From assembly GCA_965223905.1 (NCBI GenBank), contig CBDCXV010000002.1:256001-320000 (forward strand): a DNA stretch of 64,000 nucleotides, in the 5' to 3' direction. The notes under the pieces were generated by a model, which searched no databases, was not told the DNA's origin, and saw nothing but the letters and a program-made list of their open reading frames with translations. Position numbers and translations under genes: made by a program. Positions 39,733 through 48,119 of this stretch are shown here, piece after piece. Within the stretch, counting starts at the first letter, position 1; each line of letters opens with the position of its first letter. The stretch comes from Candidatus Latescibacterota bacterium (GTDB lineage Bacteria > Latescibacterota > UBA2968 > UBA8231).

Positions 39733-41394
39733 TCAGTAGGCGACACCGATAGCCCCGTTGAACTCGATCCCGTCCCCGCTGTCGACGCTTATTTCGAAGA
39801 GATAAAGCCCCGGGGGAACCAGGTCGCCGTCGTCATCGACCCCATCCCATTCCACCGTGTGAGTGCCGCTTTTCTGCTTCATCTCCATGGCCCGAACCGG
39901 CCTGCCGTTGAGATCGAAGATGCGGATGGCCACCGGTCGCAGCACGCTGATTCTGCCGAGATCGTATTGAATCCGTACGACATCGAATCTTTCGTCGTCG
40001 TTCGGTGAGAACGGATTCGGCGCCACGGTGAGGTTGCCCCTGTCGAAGACGCGATCGATGAGGCCCACTCCGAAAAGGGCAAGCGTGTTACCGCGTTCCT
40101 GACTGGAAGCCGCTTCGATCTGCTGGGGGTTGTCGGGCTGCAGCCGATCGACGAGCTGTCCACGGAAGAGGTTGACTTCGTCGTAAAGAACGGTGCTGAA
40201 ACTGATCTGAATGTCGGCGTCGGCGACAATGGGGTCGGCGAAGATGATGTCGGTGTGCCGGGCAGCGTTGCTCAAGGTGAAATCAGTGCCGTCGACGAGC
40301 GTCTCGCCGTCTCTGAGCACCCTCTGCACTTTCAGACTGTTGGGACCCTCGAGCCTGAAGATGTCGAAGCCAGTGCCCGATCCGACCCTCGCGGCAACTT
40401 CGAGGAGCAGATTCTGACGCAGGCCAACAGGCACTTCATCCGCAGCCAGCTCTTCGTCGGCGTCGTCCACTGGCGCTTCCAGGTCCGTATCATCCCGGCT
40501 CACCTGTCCAGAGACGGCGGCTGCCAACGGATCTGCGTGGTCGATCACCAGGCTCGTCAGTCGCGGGGAAGTAGCCGGATTATCTGTGACGAGGTTCACT
40601 TGGTACTGGAGGAACCTGCGGGGCTCAGGGAGGTTGACCAGCATCCCTTCCTGTTCGGAGCTGGGGCTGGACCAGTCACTCCAGTTGTCGTCGGGCGTGC
40701 TCGATGGTCCGGTGCGGAATTGCAGCGTCAGCTCACTCCCTTGATCCACCTCTGCCGTCCAGCGGGCCATCCCGAAATTCCTGGCCGTGCTCAAATTCAC
40801 GACATCGGAAGTAAAGCTTCCCGCATTCAGAAAACCGCTTCCGTACACCTCCACCTCGCCTATCTTCACCTGGTTCAGCCTGTCGATTGCCTTTATTTGT
40901 GCTCGAACATGGCGCGCGACAACGGGCGCGAAGGTTGTGTCGATTAGGGGGTTAAGATTTCGGGTATTGAGGACCTGCTCCGTGAATACGACGTCGTCCA
41001 ATGAGGTTTGAATGCTGTACCCCTTCATAAACTCCCTGGTGTCACCCGTCAGAGGTCTTATGATGACGTGATCTACCAGCCTGTCTTGCTCAAGGTCAAT
41101 CTGGACGTAGAAGTTGAACACGACGGGGTCACCGCGGCGGTCTCCGCTGTTCCAGACATTGTTCGTACCGGTGTTGTTGTCGGTCACTTTCGCGGGGAAA
41201 CCGGCGTGATCCACAGCCGGCTTGCCGAGAGCAAGATTTTCCTCCGAATCGACCGACCCGAGAACGAGCGCGCCCGTACTGTCCGCCCGCGCCTCGTCGC
41301 TCGATATCCTGTCCCAGCTTTCAACGACGAAGGGTTGCGCGGAAACAGGGAGAGCGGACACGAGTGTGAGACAGAGGGCGAGCTTTGCTGTCAT
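39733..41394 (-). CDS. Secreted protein with discoidin (F5/8 type C)-like domain and C-terminal FlgD-Ig/T9SS-CTD-like domain
   Basis: NLALGKP...QIDL...ARHVR...IGEVEVYG; C-terminal PNPFSPNDD...IFDLNGRPVR...EWDGVDDDGDLVPPGLY. Confidence 0.75.
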   Translation of the reverse strand: MTAKLALCLTLVSALPVSAQPFVVESWDRISSDEARADSTGALVLGSVDSEENLALGKPAVDHAGFPAKVTDNNTGTNNVWNSGDRRGDPVVFNFYVQIDLEQDRLVDHVIIRPLTGDTREFMKGYSIQTSLDDVVFTEQVLNTRNLNPLIDTTFAPVVARHVRAQIKAIDRLNQVKIGEVEVYGSGFLNAGSFTSDVVNLSTARNFGMARWTAEVDQGSELTLQFRTGPSSTPDDNWSDWSSPSSEQEGMLVNLPEPRRFLQYQVNLVTDNPATSPRLTSLVIDHADPLAAAVSGQVSRDDTDLEAPVDDADEELAADEVPVGLRQNLLLEVAARVGSGTGFDIFRLEGPNSLKVQRVLRDGETLVDGTDFTLSNAARHTDIIFADPIVADADIQISFSTVLYDEVNLFRGQLVDRLQPDNPQQIEAASSQERGNTLALFGVGLIDRVFDRGNLTVAPNPFSPNDDERFDVVRIQYDLGRISVLRPVAIRIFDLNGRPVRAMEMKQKSGTHTVEWDGVDDDGDLVPPGLYLFEISVDSGDGIEFNGAIGVAY

Positions 41395-41502
41395 GAGGGA
41401 TCTCTTGGGAGAGTGCAGCTTCGGGATGCAGTTGAACAGGATATTGATCCTCCGGTGTACCTGGCCTTGGCGACGCACCAAATGCCGTCACGTGGGGCGT
41501 CG

Positions 41503-41534
41503 CCTTGTAATGGGCACCCTTGTAATGGGCACCC
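41503..41534. repeat. 15-bp tandem duplication CCTTGTAATGGGCAC x2
   Basis: Directly visible upstream of the envelope operon. Confidence 0.8.
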
Positions 41535-41844
41535 AGGATTCACGTAATTTCGCCGTACATTCGCGCCTTCCAATTGGGATGTCAAGCAAAGCCTGCAAGC
41601 CAGAGTCACCGAGGGATGCTCTGGAGCAACGCGCTCGGCATTTGCGGTGGGTGCAGAGCTGACCGGAATACTCCGGTTTAGCTACCTTCAATAGTTGCGG
41701 AAGGTGTTGAAAAAGAAAAGGGGCGCACCTATCCTTCCTTTAGCCCGAAGATCCGTTGCGCTTTTTTGTCGCAGTGACAGTACGAGCATGAGTTGCGACG
41801 TATTTCGCCGTCCACGGGTAGGCATGTAAATGGCGATAGTATCA

Positions 41845-42380
41845 GTGCTGTTGCGCGAAAGTTACCGGAAAAGGGCAGGTCAAGAGCCCCACCCTGGCCA
41901 GCATCTTGCACCTCGGGCATGAGCAAATCGAGTCCCTGCGGCGCGTCCTCAAGGGCGAGAAGCTGGTGCCCGTCCACGCGCTTTTCGAGATCACCCGCTC
42001 ATTGTCGCACGGCCACGACGCCGCGGTGCTGGGCGCCAAACGAGCTCACAAGTTCGACGAGCTGTTTCAGGCCACCGAGCAGGCGTTGGACAAAATCCGC
42101 CAGGCCACCCGCGTTCCCAACGGCGTCTTGCGGGCAAGGACCGCATCGGCGTGCGCGCCAGCCGCCCCCCTCACCACTTCAAGATGGGCAAGCACTTCCA
42201 GGCTCGAGATCGGGGAGGAGGCCTTCGGCTATCTGCGAACCAGGAGGCGAATCGCCGCCGAGGCGGACCTGAGGCATCTACGTGATCCCCACCCGCGTAT
42301 CGGCCGAGGCCATGGACGCCGACGCCGGTGAGGATTCCTATAAGAGCCTGTCGGCCGTGGAGCGGGCCTTCAGCTCGCAA
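41845..42380 (+). mobile_element. IS1634-family transposase remnant (deleted and frameshifted)
   Basis: Fragments in changing frames: LLRESYR...GQVKSPTLASI, IESLRRVLKGEKLVP...EITRSLSHGHDAAVLG, KMGKHF, IAAEA, SYKSLSAVERAF. Confidence 0.7.
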
Positions 42381-42391
42381 AAGAGCCGGTC

Positions 42392-42579
42392 ATGCGTCAA
42401 CAACCCATCGGCTTGGAACCCATTGATGACGGTGTCTGGGAGGTGTGGTTCGGTCCCTCAGACTGGGTCGCATGGATGAACGACAGCTCACCATCACCGA
42501 CTGTTTGGATAAAGCCGCTCGCCGGAAACTGTAAACCATGGTCCCGGACTATTCTGTAAAGGATGTACTCGACCGCTCA
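42392..42579 (+). mobile_element. IS481-like transposase 3' remnant with right end
   Basis: PIGLEPIDDGVWEVWFGP...DERQL, followed by the internally repeated end TGTAAACCATGGTCCCGGACTATTCTGTAAAGGATGTACTCGACCGCTCA. Confidence 0.55.
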
Positions 42580-42635
42580 ATGAATGATTGTAGTGTCGCG
42601 ATCTGCGGGTTGGAGAAAGGTGGGTGTAACTGACG

Positions 42636-44369
42636 ATGGCAGGGGATGTTACTCAGTTGTTCAGAGGCACGGTAGTGGCTGATTCGAAATGCCTGAGCAG
42701 CTCCAGCGCCGGATGCCGCGCCCCTCTGCTCTACCTGGTTGGCGTTGTGGTTGTCACGGCGGATCCTTTCGGAGTAAATGCTGAAGTGCGTTTTACGGAT
42801 GTCGCCGATGAAGTCGGTATTGACTTTGTCCACTATAGCGGCGCTGCCGGTCGCAAGTATCTGCCCGAGGCCATGGGTGCCGGCGTTTGTGCCTTCGACT
42901 ATGATTCAGACGGCGACCTTGACTTCTACTTTGTGAACGGCGCGCCACTGCCTGGTTCCCGTCTCGGGTCCAATCCAGCGAACGCGCTGCACCAAAATGA
43001 CCGCGCGGGTGATGGGGCGTTGCACTTCACCGAAGTCCCCTCGGCTGGTGGCGCTGACGACAGCGGATACGGGATGGGGTGTTGCCTTGGTGACTACGAC
43101 AACGACGGCGACCTCGACCTCTACGTCACGAACCACGGTCCGAATCGCTTCTTTCTGAATGACGGTGGCGGTCGCTTTGCGGACGTCACCGACTCGGCCG
43201 CGGTAAACGACGCCAGCTGGGGCAGCGGATGCGCCTTTGCCGACTACAACCGGGACGGCCTGGTCGATCTGTATGTCGTCAACTACCTCGACAATGCCGT
43301 CGTCGACGCACCGACCTGCGAGCAGGATGGGAAGCCTTACTACTGCCACCCCCGCCATTTCCCGGCGCAGGCTGACCTCCTTTACTACAACCTGGGTAAC
43401 GGGCGTTTCGAAGACCGTTCGCGCCAGGCTGGAATCTATAATGACACCTTTGGAAAGGGCCTGGGCATTGCGGCCTTCGACTTCGATCTGGACGGCGACA
43501 TCGATATTTACGTGGCCAACGACACCACGCCGAACTTCCTCTATCGCAACGAGGGTGGCGTTTTCACTGAGATCGGCGAACTCACTGGCACCGCCTACAA
43601 CGACAACGCCCGCGCCGAGGCCGGCATGGGAGTGGCCGTCGGCGACCCTGACGTCGATGGGGATTATGATCTGTTCGTCACCAACTTCGAGCTTGAGACC
43701 AACACCTTCTATCTCAATGAATCCCCAGGCTTCTTCACAGATGCCACCTACGCCGTAGGACTGGGAGAGCCGAGTCTCAAATACCTGGCTTTCGGCACCC
43801 TGTTTTTCGACTACGACAACGACGGCGACGAGGATCTCTTCGTCGCCAATGGCCATATCCTGACTGAGCTGCAGCTCCATGACGGATCAATCGGTGCCGA
43901 GCAACCGGACCAGCTGTTCGGCAACGATGGTCTGGGCCGCTTCGTCGATGTCTCGGCGAGCTCCGGAGAATATTTCAACCGCCGCATGACGAGCCGGGGC
44001 GTCGCCTCGGGGGATTTCGATCTCGACGGCGATCTGGATCTCGTCGTTACTCACAGTGCCGCTGCGCCGTCCCTGCTGCAAAATGACGGTCTCGGTGATT
44101 CCAACTGGCTGCTAGTGGAGCCCCGCGGAGCGAATGGCCGGTACGACAACGTCGGCGTGCACCTGCGGGCCGTGACCGGAGGAAAGTCTCAATTCCGGCA
44201 GATCAGCGCCGGCACCAGCTACCTGTCAGAAGGTGAACGGGCCGCTTGGTTCGGGCTGAGACATCATTCATCAGTAGATACGCTCGAGGTTCGCTGGCCC
44301 GGTGGCCATCAGCGCCTTCTCACTGACGTGCCGGCCAATCAACGCCTCGAAGTCGACGTATCGAAATAG
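42636..44369 (+). CDS. CRTAC1-family protein (FG-GAP + ASPIC/UnbV)
   Basis: DYDSDGDLD repeats, AEAGMGVAVGD, SRGVASGDFDLDGDLD, SYLS...FGL...VRWPGG; similar to 14358-16049. Confidence 0.88.
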   Translation: MAGDVTQLFRGTVVADSKCLSSSSAGCRAPLLYLVGVVVVTADPFGVNAEVRFTDVADEVGIDFVHYSGAAGRKYLPEAMGAGVCAFDYDSDGDLDFYFVNGAPLPGSRLGSNPANALHQNDRAGDGALHFTEVPSAGGADDSGYGMGCCLGDYDNDGDLDLYVTNHGPNRFFLNDGGGRFADVTDSAAVNDASWGSGCAFADYNRDGLVDLYVVNYLDNAVVDAPTCEQDGKPYYCHPRHFPAQADLLYYNLGNGRFEDRSRQAGIYNDTFGKGLGIAAFDFDLDGDIDIYVANDTTPNFLYRNEGGVFTEIGELTGTAYNDNARAEAGMGVAVGDPDVDGDYDLFVTNFELETNTFYLNESPGFFTDATYAVGLGEPSLKYLAFGTLFFDYDNDGDEDLFVANGHILTELQLHDGSIGAEQPDQLFGNDGLGRFVDVSASSGEYFNRRMTSRGVASGDFDLDGDLDLVVTHSAAAPSLLQNDGLGDSNWLLVEPRGANGRYDNVGVHLRAVTGGKSQFRQISAGTSYLSEGERAAWFGLRHHSSVDTLEVRWPGGHQRLLTDVPANQRLEVDVSK

Positions 44370-44830
44370 GTCGCCTTTTCATCTCATCCCTTGTTCTTCA
44401 TTTCATACAACCGAAAAACCGCCAGTGTCCCGTTCATCGGCGTTTCGCACGCTTTGTTCAGGCTCCAGCGCGGCGCGGCCCCCGGTCGATCGAACAGAGG
44501 TCAATTGAGCCGTACGTGCGGGATGGGATGGTGCATATGCCGGTCCTCGTCCAGGTCGGATTCCTCTTCAACCTCGACGAGGCACTCGATGCCCGCCGCG
44601 GCGTCGCTGAGGGTAAGGGCGATCTCCCGAAAATGATCGGCCCTGATGGCGACGGTGGTGCTGCGATAGTGGAGAGACACGCAGGCCGGGAACTGTCGCC
44701 GCCATCGCTTGGCGCCGCGACCTCCTGCACGCTCCGGTTCAAGGCGAGGAACTCCGGGCGGGCGTTCCCCCCGGGGCGGGAGGCATTATGTTGCGGCCGA
44801 TCGCCGCTCGATGCTGGTTTTTCGGTTGGT

Positions 44831-46147
44831 TTACAACCGGGCGAGCGCCCGGTGTGCGATGTCGCGGCGGTAGTACTTTCCCTCGAAGGAAACGGCATCG
44901 GCCGCCTCGTACACCTTGTCGACCGCCGCGGCGACTCCGGGGGCGACCGCGGTGACGCCGAGGACCCGCCCCGACGCCGTAAGCAGCTTCCCGCCGGCCA
45001 GCTCGGTGGCGGCGTGGAAGACGAACACATCCTCGCGGCCGTCGAACCTGTCGAGGCCGGAGATTTCCTTCCCGGTCTCGTAGGATCCGGGGTAGCCCTC
45101 GGAGGCGAGTACGACGCAGACAGCGGCCCCGCTCCCGGTGCGCACGCTGCTGCTGACCTTGCCGATGTCTCCCTGAGCGGAGGCCAGCAACAGCTCAACG
45201 AGGTCGGACTCGAGCAGAGGCAGAACGACCTGGGCTTCGGGATCGCCGAAACGGCAGTTGAACTCCACTACCCTGGGATGGCCTTCCACTATCATGAGGC
45301 CAACGTACAGCACCCCCCGGTAGGGACAGCCAAGGCGCGCCATCTCACGCAGCACCGGCGCCACGATCTCCGCTTCGACGCGGCCCGTCATCCCGGCAGT
45401 CATGACGGGCGCCGGGGCGTACGCTCCCATGCCTCCGGTATTGGGCCCCCGGTCCCCCTCGAAAATCGGCTTGTGGTCCTGGGCCGGAACGAGGCTGACG
45501 AACTCGTCGCCGTCGGTGATCGCAAACAGCGAGGCCTCTTCCCCATCCATGAAATCCTCGATGACGATCTCGGAGCCGGCGTCGCCGAACTGCAGGTCGA
45601 CCATGCGCTCCCGCACCGCGGCGACCGCCTCCTCCGGCCGGTGGCAGACCGCCACTCCTTTGCCCGCGGCCAGGCCGGCCGCCTTTACGACGATCGGCGT
45701 TCCCCGCTCCTCGATGTAGGCAAGCGCTTCCCCGCTGTCGGTGAAGGTGCGGTGGGCCGCGGTCGGCACCCCGATCCGGGCCATCAGCTCTTTCGAGAAG
45801 CGCTTGTCGGTTTCGATGCGCGCCGCCGCGGCGGTCGGACCGAACACAGGCAGCCCCGCGGCCGCGAACTCGTCGACGAGGCCGCCGGCGAGGGCATCCT
45901 CGGGACCGACGACCGTCAGGTCGATCCGCCGTTCCGAGGCGAAGTCGCGCAGCCTGAGGATCTCGGAGCGCAGCCTCTCCATGTCCGAGGAAGGGGTGTC
46001 GACGCGAATATCCGGGAGGCAAGCGGCCAGCGCGGCCAGGCCCGGGCTCCCGGGCGCGGCGAAGATTTCCGATACGAGCGGACTCCGGGCGATCTTCCAG
46101 GCGAGAGCGTGCTCCCGCCCACCTTTGCCGACGATCAACACCTTCAT
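44831..46147 (-). CDS. purD: Phosphoribosylamine--glycine ligase
   Basis: GKGGREHALAW, VVGPE, KAAGLAAGKGV, QDHK, GPNTGGMGAY, EFNCRFGDPE. Confidence 0.97.
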   Translation of the reverse strand: MKVLIVGKGGREHALAWKIARSPLVSEIFAAPGSPGLAALAACLPDIRVDTPSSDMERLRSEILRLRDFASERRIDLTVVGPEDALAGGLVDEFAAAGLPVFGPTAAAARIETDKRFSKELMARIGVPTAAHRTFTDSGEALAYIEERGTPIVVKAAGLAAGKGVAVCHRPEEAVAAVRERMVDLQFGDAGSEIVIEDFMDGEEASLFAITDGDEFVSLVPAQDHKPIFEGDRGPNTGGMGAYAPAPVMTAGMTGRVEAEIVAPVLREMARLGCPYRGVLYVGLMIVEGHPRVVEFNCRFGDPEAQVVLPLLESDLVELLLASAQGDIGKVSSSVRTGSGAAVCVVLASEGYPGSYETGKEISGLDRFDGREDVFVFHAATELAGGKLLTASGRVLGVTAVAPGVAAAVDKVYEAADAVSFEGKYYRRDIAHRALARL

Positions 46148-46189
46148 TCAGCGGTCTCCTCGTGATTTGGGCCGGGAAGCCTGCCCGGA

Positions 46190-47140
46190 CTACGCGTATC
46201 CGAACTCCTTCAGGTCCCGGTCGCGGTTGCGCCAGTCTCGGCGCACCTTTACCCGCAGCTCGAGATACACCTCGCGGTCGAGCAGCTCCTCGATGCCCGC
46301 CCTGGCGCGGCTGCCGATCCGCTTCAGCATGCTGCCCCCGCGCCCGATGACGATCCCTTTCTGGCTCTCGCGGTCGACGTAGAGGACCGCGCTGACGTAG
46401 GTCTTTCTCTGCGGAGGCCGCCCCCCCGGACGTAAGCCTTCCGCCTCGGGGTCGCGGAAGTCGTCGACGTCGACGGCGATCGCGTAGGGCAACTCCTCGG
46501 AGAGCTGTTCGAAGGCCGCCTCGCGGACCAGCTCGCCGGCAAAGAACCGCTCCGGCTGGTCGGCGATGACCTCGTCCGGGTAGAGCCTCGCCCCCAACGG
46601 CAGCGCCGCTTCCAGCTCGGCCAGCAACGGGGGGACGTTCTCCCCCGTGACCGCTGAAACCGCACGCAGGGTATCCAGGCCGAGGTCGCCGGCGACAGCG
46701 GCGGCAACCCGCTCGCGGGAATCCTCCGGGATCGTATCGATCTTGTTCAGCGCCGCTACAACCGGTGCCTTCGTTCGCTCAAGGAAGGAGCTGACCAGGT
46801 CGATGCGGTTGCGCGGCCGCGATCCGTCGACGAGCAGCAGGATCACGTCGGCGTCGCGGGCCGAGCGGTCGATCTGACGTCCCATGGTCTCGTGCAGGCG
46901 GTAGCTCGGCTCCAGGAGGCCCGGGGTGTCGAGGAAGATCATCTGGCTCTCCGGGCGGCTGAGGATGCCGCGAATGCTGCAGCGCGTCGTCTGGGCCTTG
47001 GCGGTGACGATGGACAGCCGCTGCCCGAGGAAGGCGTTGAACAGCGTCGACTTGCCCGCATTCGGCCGCCCGACGAGGGCGACGTATCCGCAGCGCGTGG
47101 CGGCGGACGGGGTAGGTGGATCGTTGGTTGGTGCGCTCAG
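46190..47140 (-). CDS. era: GTPase Era (probable CTG start overlapping the upstream stop)
   Basis: In-frame upstream of the first ATG: CGYVALVGRPNAGKSTL (G1) and AQTTR. Then DTPG, NKID, VSA and a KH domain with SQKGIVIG. Confidence 0.93.
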   Translation of the reverse strand: MSAPTNDPPTPSAATRCGYVALVGRPNAGKSTLFNAFLGQRLSIVTAKAQTTRCSIRGILSRPESQMIFLDTPGLLEPSYRLHETMGRQIDRSARDADVILLLVDGSRPRNRIDLVSSFLERTKAPVVAALNKIDTIPEDSRERVAAAVAGDLGLDTLRAVSAVTGENVPPLLAELEAALPLGARLYPDEVIADQPERFFAGELVREAAFEQLSEELPYAIAVDVDDFRDPEAEGLRPGGRPPQRKTYVSAVLYVDRESQKGIVIGRGGSMLKRIGSRARAGIEELLDREVYLELRVKVRRDWRNRDRDLKEFGYA

Positions 47141-48066
47141 AAGTCCGTGGTCGCCGAGAAGACGTAGGTCGCCTCGAGATCGTGCTGCTGATAAGCCAGG
47201 TCCAGGCGCAGCATGTCGTGCGCCCGGATGCCGATACCGAAGGCCTGGCGCTCCTCCTGGAGACCCGCTCTCAGGGCGAGCTTTCCGAGGTCGTACTCCA
47301 TTCCTGCAAGCATCGCGGCGGCTCCGCCGGAGGCGTCGCCCCCCCCGGCAGCTCCCAGCGCGAGATTGGCACGGCCCCGCCCCACGGTCCGGGTGATTGC
47401 GGCGGCGAAGAGGACGGAAGGCCGGATGCGGTCGCTGGTACCAGTGCTCCAGGAAATCGGCGAGGTGGTGGCATCCCGCACGACCGCGGCGATCGCCACT
47501 CCCGGCGACAGCCGAAAGCGCGCCCCGAGGTCGAGCCCGGCTCCATAGGCGCTGAAGCTCGCCACGCTTCGGTACACGAGCTTCACGCTCGCCCCGAGGT
47601 CGAGCCGTTCCGAGGCGCGGCGGCCGGCGGATAGGTACAGGGCGTAGTCGGAACTGACCTCCGTGGAGGAGACCTGCGGCCGGTTGTCCGCACTCGGCGG
47701 GGCCCCGGGATCGGTCAGCGCCGTGAAGGCGATGTCGTCAACCCCGAGCCGCAAGATGCCAACCGAGAAACCGTCGAAGAGGAGAAATCGCTCGACGTTC
47801 ACCGCGGCGAAATCGTGGGATACGAGACCGGCATACCGCTCGGAGTGCATCAGGTGGGCGCTGCGCTCGAGACCGGTCAGCGCCGCCGGGTTCCAGTAAC
47901 CGGCGGTCGCGTCGTCGACCAGGGCGAGGCTGGCGCTTCCCAGGGCGAGGCCGCGAGCCCCGGCTCCGACGGCGAGAAACTCGCCGGCATAGCCTGTGGC
48001 CGCGGAGGCCGGCCCCCGGCCGGGGAGCAGGATCACAGCGGCGAGCAGAATCGGGGGGAATTTCAT
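47137..48066 (-). CDS. PorV/PorQ family outer-membrane protein
   Basis: YAGEFLAVGAGARGLALG...DATAGYWNPAAL, GLDLGA; ends in Phe. Confidence 0.8.
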   Translation of the reverse strand: MKFPPILLAAVILLPGRGPASAATGYAGEFLAVGAGARGLALGSASLALVDDATAGYWNPAALTGLERSAHLMHSERYAGLVSHDFAAVNVERFLLFDGFSVGILRLGVDDIAFTALTDPGAPPSADNRPQVSSTEVSSDYALYLSAGRRASERLDLGASVKLVYRSVASFSAYGAGLDLGARFRLSPGVAIAAVVRDATTSPISWSTGTSDRIRPSVLFAAAITRTVGRGRANLALGAAGGGDASGGAAAMLAGMEYDLGKLALRAGLQEERQAFGIGIRAHDMLRLDLAYQQHDLEATYVFSATTDF

Positions 48067-48073
48067 TGCGAAA

Positions 48074-48102
48074 AGTGTATGTGGGGCCCTGGGGAGGGTC
48101 AA
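48074..48102 (-). promoter_or_regulatory. Putative sigma70 promoter, probably leaderless transcript
   Basis: TTGACC-N17-TACACT ends 7 nt before ATG 48066; no Shine-Dalgarno sequence. Confidence 0.5.
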
Positions 48103-48119
48103 GAAAGGCGGACGCCGGC

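Noticed and set aside
41555-41586. TTGACA on the minus strand as the envelope operon promoter
   Set aside because: No convincing -10 element at 16-18 bp spacing.
44516-46165. 549-aa plus-strand ORF
   Set aside because: Antisense shadow of purD, typical of high-GC coding DNA.
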